IMG/VR virus record: IMGVR_UViG_3300042452_000950 | Coordinates: 2,457-66,456 of that record | Origin: a virus | DNA length: 64,000 nt | Direction: 5' to 3' (one strand) | Shown: positions 57,065 through 64,000 of the stretch, one piece after another | How the letters are laid out: every line of letters begins with the position of its first letter | Position numbering within the stretch: position 1 is the first letter of the stretch | Notes under the pieces: model-generated | The model's database searches: none | Told to the model about the DNA's origin: nothing | Seen by the model: only the letters and a program-made list of their open reading frames with translations | Made by a program: the position numbers and the translations under genes

Positions 57065-57591
57065 GACTTGAGGGCGTCTTCCAGTTGTTTGTACTGAATA
57101 ATCGAGGGTAATGTGTCGTGATTAGGTCCGATAACGATTGTGATATTGCGATGTCGCTGTTGACGACTATTGATGATCTTATCCAACTCAGCTCTATGAT
57201 TACGACAGATTGCTTCTGAGGTATTGTCTGGGATATTTGAAATGATCAATACATCTGCGGTTTTGTAACTGGTGAAGATGTCAGTTTCTGTCCAATTACA
57301 CATGGCAACTTCTCTACCAGGGTTCCTTGGAAACTTTGTGCCATCACACCACATGGCGATATCAGCATAGTTGCTAAATGCTTTGACAATCGAAGCTACC
57401 TGCTTGATGTCTCTCATGCTATCGATATTGAAAATAGGGATATCTTTCGCAATCATATATGGAGTTTTTACCAGCTCGATCGGAGCGCACTTAGCGATCA
57501 GCTCAATTATCTTTGGCTGAAATCCTGTATCAGTGTTATCGAGCCAATCCTTAATGGATCTCGACTCGTGAATCGGTTTATCCCATATCAT
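57061..57591 (-). CDS. Degenerate DnaC/IstB-like helicase-loader candidate
   Basis: ADVLIISNI..LDKIINSRQQRHRNITIVI resembles the C-terminal half of DnaC; coupled to dnaB; no Walker A. Confidence 0.45.
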   Translation of the reverse strand: MIWDKPIHESRSIKDWLDNTDTGFQPKIIELIAKCAPIELVKTPYMIAKDIPIFNIDSMRDIKQVASIVKAFSNYADIAMWCDGTKFPRNPGREVAMCNWTETDIFTSYKTADVLIISNIPDNTSEAICRNHRAELDKIINSRQQRHRNITIVIGPNHDTLPSIIQYKQLEDALKS

Positions 57592-58616
57592 CGGAACTTG
57601 TTTTGTTGAAGGATGTGAGGGTAATTCTCCAGCAGGGCGCTGCTAGAGATCCGGATGAATTTAGCTCGATTTTTAAACTCTTCTAGGGTTGTAGCACCGA
57701 CATAGGACATAGACGAGCGAATTCCCTCGAAAATTTCTCGGAATACACGAGAAGTACTTCCTACTTCTTGGGTAGTGACCATCGTAGTAATGCCTTCATC
57801 GTTAGCAAACTTGCCTTTAAACGCTTCTTGCGCGGCCTTGCTTGCCATGCCTCGGTATGTAGATATTCCCATTCCATACCCATCGGTAAAGTCCGTTCCG
57901 GCAAACATAGAACCCGTCATGACGGCCTTAACGTTAGGAAGTGCTAGAGCCTTGGCGATATCTCCAGTGTGCTTAAATCCACCATCTGCAATGATCTGAA
58001 CGCCAACTTCTGAGCAAAGACTGAGTGCAGAGAACTGCGGCATTCCGACGCCTGTTTTAAGCCTGGTAGTGCAGACAGATCCGGCTCCGATGCCAACTTT
58101 GATAATATGCGCTCCCCACTCATGTAATCTGGATACAGCTTCAGGTGTGCACACATTACCGGCGATGACTCGGCATCCAGGATACTCATCTCGGATATAC
58201 CAAATGGTCTCCTTCATATTCACTGAGTCGCCGTGAGCGATATCAATACACATACCACAGTTTAATTTTCCAAGCATGTCGATGCGTTCTCTATCCTGGT
58301 GAATAACTCCCACTGAAAAGAACGACTCATCAGACCATGTATCGACTACAGCTTTTTTCATTTGCTCAACCGATAGATATCGGTGAAGAATACCGATGCC
58401 GATCTTTTCCATAGTAACGTATTTAACCATGGCTACCCCACTGATGGTATCCATGTTGGCAGGGATGACCGGTTTTGTTTTGATATAACCGAGATCGCCA
58501 AAATCGAATTTAGTTTCTATTGAAACATCAGATCTTGATCTGACTGCTGAATGTGCGGGAACAATCAGGACATCATCAAACGTTAGATAATTGATAGCCG
58601 GGTTGTACAGGTCCAT
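57588..58616 (-). CDS. guaB: IMP dehydrogenase / GMP reductase family protein, no CBS domains
   Basis: LTFDDVLIVP, ANMDT, GILHR, DIAHG, KVGIGAGSVCTTR, IADGG, YRGMAS; IMPDH vs GMPR not resolvable by eye. Confidence 0.9.
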   Translation of the reverse strand: MDLYNPAINYLTFDDVLIVPAHSAVRSRSDVSIETKFDFGDLGYIKTKPVIPANMDTISGVAMVKYVTMEKIGIGILHRYLSVEQMKKAVVDTWSDESFFSVGVIHQDRERIDMLGKLNCGMCIDIAHGDSVNMKETIWYIRDEYPGCRVIAGNVCTPEAVSRLHEWGAHIIKVGIGAGSVCTTRLKTGVGMPQFSALSLCSEVGVQIIADGGFKHTGDIAKALALPNVKAVMTGSMFAGTDFTDGYGMGISTYRGMASKAAQEAFKGKFANDEGITTMVTTQEVGSTSRVFREIFEGIRSSMSYVGATTLEEFKNRAKFIRISSSALLENYPHILQQNKFR

Positions 58617-58627
58617 GGTGTTTCTCC

Positions 58628-58661
58628 AAAAGAAAGGGCCGCACCCAAATAGATGCGGCCC
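58628..58661 (-). terminator. Intrinsic terminator
   Basis: GGGCCGCATCTA-TT-TGGGTGCGGCCC followed by TTTCTTTT. Confidence 0.7.
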
Positions 58662-58686
58662 AATACCAACATTTCAGAATTTAGAA

Positions 58687-59841
58687 CTATTTAACCAACT
58701 CAAGCTTAGGGGCCTGTGCGGCCTCAGTCGGCGGATGAGCCTGGGCAAAAATTTGCTCGACGTATTCACGCACCTTGAGGTCGGGAAGACCGAGGTGATC
58801 TTCAAACACGCCATAGATGCTGAGCTGGACCTCTTTATTCTGAGTCACGCCCACGCGCCAGTTCTTAGCACCGAGAAGGAGCTTATTGTCCTTACCGACC
58901 ATGGCAATGCTGATAGTGAATCCGTATGTGGGCTGATTCTTTTGACCATCTTGCTCCATATCAATAATGGAGCCGTTGGTGTTGAGTAGCCCGAATTGAT
59001 AAAGTATGAGATACTTGGCGCCCAACCGCATCACTTCGCGAGCGAGCGTCTGAGTACGCTGTTGATCGCTCTGTGCTTCCGAGATGTTAAGCACCAGCGT
59101 CTCATTATTTCCAACTAGAACGGCAACCATGGGGAAAGGCCACATTCCATTTTGCAGCATCTCCACCCGTCCAGGAGTATTTAACACATTAGCGAGACCG
59201 TGCATAATGACACTGTCAAGATCGGTGTGCTCGATCTTTTCCCATTTGAATTCAGTTTTATCTTCTGCGAAATTTAGAGGGAAGACAGTGCCATCGGTCT
59301 TGGTACTGACGTAGGGCATGCCCATCAGCGGCCAATTCTGCGGCTTAAACTTGATCTTTGCCTTATTTTCGGGCCTGATTTCTCGACTGATAATAGAATT
59401 GATAATTGTTAATGAATCTTCGATCTGCTTTGCATACTGAGAATGCAGCTTTGCGATATCGGTAGTAATAACTACCGGTTCATTTTGTGTCAACGCTCGG
59501 ACGTAGACTCCCTTAGCCGACCCTTCGGACACAATGCGAAGAGGAAGAAGTCCGCCGAGACGTACGACAATATCCGACATCAGCTTCGACGCGTAGAAGC
59601 TATACGACTTCATATCCTGATCATATTGATAATATTGCGAAGCCAGCTTTTCGTTGAAGGCCTCGGTCTCGTTGTAGAGCGCGGTCATTAGAGCTGTCCG
59701 TTGTGTCGCTGTGCTGTTCATGAGCTCAACGATACGATCGAACTCGTGCTGCTCGCTCTCCGTTAGTTGGACCTGCTGTCCAACGGTATAGGTTTTATTC
59801 TGGATTGAAAAAGTATTAGGATTGAGTGCGGTGGTTAGCAT
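58687..59841 (-). CDS. Hypothetical protein
   Basis: 384-aa ORF with its own terminator. Confidence 0.7.
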   Translation of the reverse strand: MLTTALNPNTFSIQNKTYTVGQQVQLTESEQHEFDRIVELMNSTATQRTALMTALYNETEAFNEKLASQYYQYDQDMKSYSFYASKLMSDIVVRLGGLLPLRIVSEGSAKGVYVRALTQNEPVVITTDIAKLHSQYAKQIEDSLTIINSIISREIRPENKAKIKFKPQNWPLMGMPYVSTKTDGTVFPLNFAEDKTEFKWEKIEHTDLDSVIMHGLANVLNTPGRVEMLQNGMWPFPMVAVLVGNNETLVLNISEAQSDQQRTQTLAREVMRLGAKYLILYQFGLLNTNGSIIDMEQDGQKNQPTYGFTISIAMVGKDNKLLLGAKNWRVGVTQNKEVQLSIYGVFEDHLGLPDLKVREYVEQIFAQAHPPTEAAQAPKLELVK

Positions 59842-59907
59842 AACTAAGATTCCAAAATGGTGTGGTGATATTAGTCTAAATCGCAGTCCGGCTAGTTGGT
59901 AGAATTT

Positions 59908-60576
59908 TTAGGATTTTTGTTCGTCCGGTGTCTCTTTGTTCTTGAAGAGATTGCTCAATTTCATCGAATCAAAATTCATCTTGGGCTTAGCCTCGGTATC
60001 GATAGGCTTTGTTGCGCCCTGATTGATGACATTGAATGGATAATATCTGGCTAACGTCCCTAAAGCCTTAATCCAGTAGCCGGGATAAAATCCCACTTCT
60101 TTTGCTTTGGGCATAACTTCGCAGAAATTTTCCCAGCTAGCAAACCACTGCTCAATAATCAGCAGTGCCTCTTTTCTAGAAAGTGAGAAATGCTGAGCCA
60201 GGGCGTCTACAAAATCTCGGGATTGTTTCACTGCGAATGAAACAGATTTCGTTGATTTGGATAAATCTGTATCAATTCCGTGCTTGACACTCAAGAGCAT
60301 GAGGTAAGCGCGTAGCTTTTCTCCGCTCCATTTGTGCGCCTGCTCCAAATCGTATTGGGATTTTCCAGAGAACACCTGGATCTGTTCTTTCATACGCTCA
60401 AGTCTTTTACCACTTGCGGGCCTAGTGCTCTTGTTGCGCTCGGCGCGCTTCTCAGCTTTGCGTTCGATGCGGCGCGAAGCCTCGATGAACTCCGATGAGT
60501 TAAGAGCATCTTTCAGTGATTTAGGGTCTTTTCTCATTTTGTGCATCGGCGGATAAGCGACGTTGTCGTTGGTCAT
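59908..60576 (-). CDS. Hypothetical basic protein
   Basis: 222-aa ORF, Lys/Arg-rich N-terminus. Confidence 0.65.
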   Translation of the reverse strand: MTNDNVAYPPMHKMRKDPKSLKDALNSSEFIEASRRIERKAEKRAERNKSTRPASGKRLERMKEQIQVFSGKSQYDLEQAHKWSGEKLRAYLMLLSVKHGIDTDLSKSTKSVSFAVKQSRDFVDALAQHFSLSRKEALLIIEQWFASWENFCEVMPKAKEVGFYPGYWIKALGTLARYYPFNVINQGATKPIDTEAKPKMNFDSMKLSNLFKNKETPDEQKS

Positions 60577-60586
60577 GCGGTACAGT

Positions 60587-60862
60587 CTAAACCATCTGTG
60601 CCGGACATGTACAAGTTTTCCTAGGTTTTTCTGATCCAGGACCAGACCGCACAGGAGCGTGTATAACGCGTTTCAATTTTCTCATTGATGGCAGAGCCGT
60701 GTTTATCTTCTGAATCGAAGCTAGGTCGGTTTCCGTTCGTTTATTGCCAAGCGGCAAGATTACCCAGACCTCGTTCTGCTTTCTACCTCTCCAATCGATT
60801 GTTTCAAAAAGCCACAAAGAAAGATAACCTCCTTGGATGGTTTTAATGGTTTTCTCTCTCAC
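60587..60862 (-). CDS. Hypothetical protein
   Basis: 91 aa, GTG start with purine-rich leader. Confidence 0.4.
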   Translation of the reverse strand: MREKTIKTIQGGYLSLWLFETIDWRGRKQNEVWVILPLGNKRTETDLASIQKINTALPSMRKLKRVIHAPVRSGPGSEKPRKTCTCPAQMV

Positions 60863-61034
60863 ACTCTCTCTTTCCTTTAATCCTTATAACCTCCTTACAA
60901 AGAAATATATATTATATAAGAGATGCGCGTACGCGCGTGATAAGACATTTCTCTAGACAAGCAAGCGAAATACTGGATTTATTTTCTGATCGAACATAAG
61001 TCGTGTGCTAGCATGAGTTTCGCTAGATGTACAT

Positions 61035-61070
61035 AAAAAATTAGCAAGGTACCTTTCGGTACCCTGCTAA
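61035..61070 (-). terminator. Intrinsic terminator with GAAA tetraloop
   Basis: TTAGCAGGGTACC-GAAA-GGTACCTTGCTAA followed by TTTTTT. Confidence 0.8.
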
Positions 61071-61090
61071 TCGTTATTTGATCAGTCGGA

Positions 61091-61729
61091 TCAGAGTGCC
61101 TGAACGATGATGTTATACGGATTTTGGACAACGAAGTACGGCTCTTGCTCCCATTCCGCAACCGTTGAGAAGTTATCTCCGTATTCCGTGAGAATAGCAA
61201 ACCAGACGTACCACGTCGCAGTGTCCAACGAGTAGAGCGTCTTTTCGCTTTCAGGAAGTTTCGGATAGTGTTGGGAATCGAGCAGGAGCTTTCCTTCTCG
61301 GCTGACCGGGATTCGATCGTACCCAGATTGCTGTCTAGTCGCCTTCTTTCGAGGGAGATTCTTCAGCGTCTCTTGGTCGATCTTGTTCGGTCTATCGGCA
61401 ATGGCTCTTACTGCCGTTGCTCCAATGCGACCGATATCCTCCCGCTCTTCCTTGACCTTCGCCACGTTAATCATCTTGGACGAGAAGAACACATAGGTTT
61501 CTTCAAGGTTTTCAGATGAGTGAACGCAACAAAGGTCAATCGGCATCCGAGGATCTGTCGTAAGTCCAGCAATTTGATCTGATTTAATCGGATGCACCTT
61601 GCGAGTGCCCGACTTAGGATGACCGAGATAGAGGGCGCGTCTGTCCGGAGACATCAGCGAGGAGTTAGCATAAATCTGAGGTGTTTGGCTCGGATACGTT
61701 AACAGCTTTTGACTCGTGCTTGCAATCAT
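61091..61729 (-). CDS. Hypothetical protein
   Basis: 212 aa, AAGGA RBS, terminator downstream. Confidence 0.7.
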   Translation of the reverse strand: MIASTSQKLLTYPSQTPQIYANSSLMSPDRRALYLGHPKSGTRKVHPIKSDQIAGLTTDPRMPIDLCCVHSSENLEETYVFFSSKMINVAKVKEEREDIGRIGATAVRAIADRPNKIDQETLKNLPRKKATRQQSGYDRIPVSREGKLLLDSQHYPKLPESEKTLYSLDTATWYVWFAILTEYGDNFSTVAEWEQEPYFVVQNPYNIIVQAL

Positions 61730-61746
61730 GATTACTGTTCCTTTAT

Positions 61747-62194
61747 GTAAGGGATACGGTAATCATACCCTTACCTGGTGAGATATGACGAAAATTATTG
61801 TAATTTTGATACGAACCGTTTTTAGCGAATGGCGTATCATAAATTATTCAATAGACTCTGCGAACTAGTTGATGGTAAGTAGTTAATCTCGTGCTCCCAG
61901 GTCGTAAAGCTAGCTACTTTAGTAAACTGGGAGCTCCTAGTTGTAGGTTTGTACCTACTCGGCCAAGGCGTGTGACGTTTACTAAAGTAGCTAGTTTTAC
62001 GTCCTGGGTGCACGAGTATTAACTTCGTACCAACCCTTTGACCTTAGTGAGACTTGGTTGGCGTAAGCCGTAACAGCTTACGTCTCATTTCATAGTGAGA
62101 ACATACTTCGCAGTTGATAGTTGAGCGCGGAAGATTTTACTTCCATCTGTGGATTTTATCCACTGTTTTCTAATCAGATTTTAAACTAGCGCTC
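61747..62194. ncRNA. Structured non-coding region (ncRNA or origin candidate)
   Basis: ~47-bp inverted repeat 61881-61927/61977-62024 plus several further hairpins and a long-range ctgcgaa/ttcgcag pair; no ORF of 60 aa or more. Confidence 0.5.
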
Positions 62195-62249
62195 TGACAG
62201 CTAAGACTCCTTCCCACCCCTGTCCTTCTCTGGTACGAGGGAATTTGAC

Positions 62250-62450
62250 TTAGCTGTTTTTTCGTTTGCCGACCGTATATGTTTCGATCATGTCGATCAT
62301 CGTTTTAAGCATGATAAGGTAATGCCTTTCTCGAAGCTCTTCCTTATCTTTGGACTGGTCTTCCAACGTTTTATACCCGTCCAAATATTTTTTGATAGCG
62401 TTTTCGTAATGAATCAGTCTGCTTGATTCAGAGCTGTCCTTTGCTACCAT
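62250..62450 (-). CDS. Small hypothetical protein
   Basis: 66 aa, GGAGG RBS. Confidence 0.65.
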   Translation of the reverse strand: MVAKDSSESSRLIHYENAIKKYLDGYKTLEDQSKDKEELRERHYLIMLKTMIDMIETYTVGKRKNS

Positions 62451-62462
62451 ACGCCTCCAGTT

Positions 62463-62714
62463 TTAGTTATCGGGAACTTCGTCTTTTTCTAAGAAAATTA
62501 ACGTATTGAAGTTGTGCTGATACTCTCTACGTAGCGCCTCAGAAACGCTGTCATCAAGATTAGTCATCCATCTGATTTGGGCCTCGTGTGCCTGTACTGC
62601 CGCCTCAACGATTCCTTGAGCGCGCACAAAGTTATCTTCTTCTGTCTTGTCTCCAGAAGTAGGAAATCCAGCGGCTACCAGCTCAACAGCTTCTCTAAGT
62701 CCCATGTACTTCAT
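62463..62714 (-). CDS. Small hypothetical protein
   Basis: 83 aa, AAGGAG RBS. Confidence 0.65.
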   Translation of the reverse strand: MKYMGLREAVELVAAGFPTSGDKTEEDNFVRAQGIVEAAVQAHEAQIRWMTNLDDSVSEALRREYQHNFNTLIFLEKDEVPDN

Positions 62715-62868
62715 TATCTTTCTCCTTTTCGACTAGTTTAGTCAGCACTTCTACAGCTAGCTGGTAGTTGCTCCAATCATGTGCACAACTGGGATCTGAG
62801 TAGTCGAAGTGATACGAATACCTCGGATCTCCTACGATCAGAATTTTTAGCGCTTCTTCGGGTTTCAT
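62695..62868 (-). CDS. Small hypothetical protein (start MKPEEALK)
   Basis: AAGGAG RBS; the ORF-track start lies inside the tRNA. Confidence 0.6.
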   Translation of the reverse strand: MKPEEALKILIVGDPRYSYHFDYSDPSCAHDWSNYQLAVEVLTKLVEKEKDNEVHGT

Positions 62869-62913
62869 GTTCTCTCCTTGTACCGGGCTAAGTTTCCTCT
62901 GCCCAGATTTGAA

Positions 62914-63017
62914 TGGTCGGCCCGGAGGGACTCGAACCCTCAACCATCCCTATATCAGAGGGCGCCTTTCGGGGCGGATTATAAATCCGCTGCTCTAACC
63001 AATTGAGCTACGGGCCG
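62914..63017 (-). tRNA. tRNA-Ile(UAU), 104 nt, with a 27-nt insertion containing a second GAU anticodon-like arm
   Basis: CGGCCCG/CGGGCCG acceptor + ACCA; D arm GCTC-AATTGGTTA-GAGC; GCGGA-TTTATAA-TCCGC; T arm GAGGG-TTCGAGT-CCCTC. Confidence 0.9.
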
Positions 63018-63114
63018 TTTTAGGTTAGAGCAGCCAGGCAAGGGAAGCCTGAACACAGAGATGGTTACTTACAGTCTATCAGAATTTCTAGGCGATTGTT
63101 ATCAATTTAGATTT

Positions 63115-63261
63115 TTATTGGTGCTTCATTTCTTCACCACATAGATAACAGACGAGCTTTCCCGTATTTGGAATAGCTCCATTGTAGCGGTACTTACAGT
63201 AAACACCTTCCATAGGTGTGCCGCTATTATAGATGGCAAACGTTCGTGAACAGAGATTCAT
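63115..63261 (-). CDS. Small Cys-rich protein (48 aa)
   Basis: MNLCSRTF...VYCKY...VCYLCGEEMKHQ; GAGGAG RBS; ATGA overlap. Confidence 0.55.
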   Translation of the reverse strand: MNLCSRTFAIYNSGTPMEGVYCKYRYNGAIPNTGKLVCYLCGEEMKHQ

Positions 63262-63569
63262 TTGCTCTCCTCGTCGCTGTCTTCAATTCCGTACCCGGAT
63301 CCTTTACCGACCGAGTAGCCGTAGTTTTCTCCACGACCGTCGCCGTGTCCGTCTCCATCACTATAGCCATATCCGTATTTACCTAACCCGTGACCCTCAC
63401 CGAAGGATTCTGCCATACCGTAGGCACCTTCATAACTGAATCCGTTTCCACTGCCGTGCCCATCGTCTCCCATATAGTCACCGTACCCGGATCCGTTTCC
63501 GTAACCTTCAGAATACCCGAACCCCTCGCCTTGACGGCTCATTTTGCCCCTAATCATTTTGGGATTCAT
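63258..63569 (-). CDS. Gly-X (GY/GD/GS) repeat protein
   Basis: MNPKMIRGKMSRQG then Gly at alternate positions; GAGGA RBS. Confidence 0.7.
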   Translation of the reverse strand: MNPKMIRGKMSRQGEGFGYSEGYGNGSGYGDYMGDDGHGSGNGFSYEGAYGMAESFGEGHGLGKYGYGYSDGDGHGDGRGENYGYSVGKGSGYGIEDSDEESK

Positions 63570-63589
63570 CCTGAACTATATCCTCTTTG

Positions 63590-63998
<409 letters not shown>

Positions 63999-64000
63999 AT

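Noticed and set aside
421-61519. Many short antisense or nested ORFs in the track (e.g. 4585-4974, 14804-15175, 38564-39139, 54620-55063)
   Set aside because: They are shadows of well-supported genes on the other strand or frame, without RBS or motifs.
62869-62943. N-terminal extension MRVRVPPGRP of ORF 62695
   Set aside because: It is the tRNA T arm and acceptor read as codons; the real start is 62868.
62947-62973. Conventional tRNA intron
   Set aside because: Not at position 37/38, far too short for a group I intron, and no clear bulge-helix-bulge; treated as an extra arm.

Overview
The whole window reads as part of a large tailed (myovirus-like) phage genome, with no host housekeeping block or integrase visible. 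+ strand 1-25.9 kb: the C-terminal part of a bacterial-type RNA polymerase beta' subunit, baseplate spike, terminase, prohead protease, scaffold/inner-head proteins, major capsid, neck, sheath and tube, interrupted by a minus-strand island of promoter/terminator cassettes (8.35-10.8 kb). - strand 26-40 kb and 53-64 kb: sigma70-family factor, RuvC, Cas4-like nuclease, Tmk, RecA, SF2 helicase, Pol A, primase, class II RNR, DnaB, IMPDH/GMPR, small ORFs, one tRNA and Gly-Tyr repeat ORFs. + strand 40.3-52.9 kb: a tail-fibre block. Most notable: (1) a 104-nt tRNA-Ile carrying two tandem anticodon stem-loops (UAU and GAU, both Ile) plus a 12-nt antisense leader; (2) a K-x-A motif enriched across head proteins, a probable maturation-protease/packaging signal; (3) strong Ser-Pro enrichment in fibre and other putative outer virion proteins; (4) repeated promoter-terminator cassettes, some with no gene; (5) a heavily structured ~450-nt non-coding region. 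All calls come from reading motifs by eye, counts are by hand, and no database searches were run.
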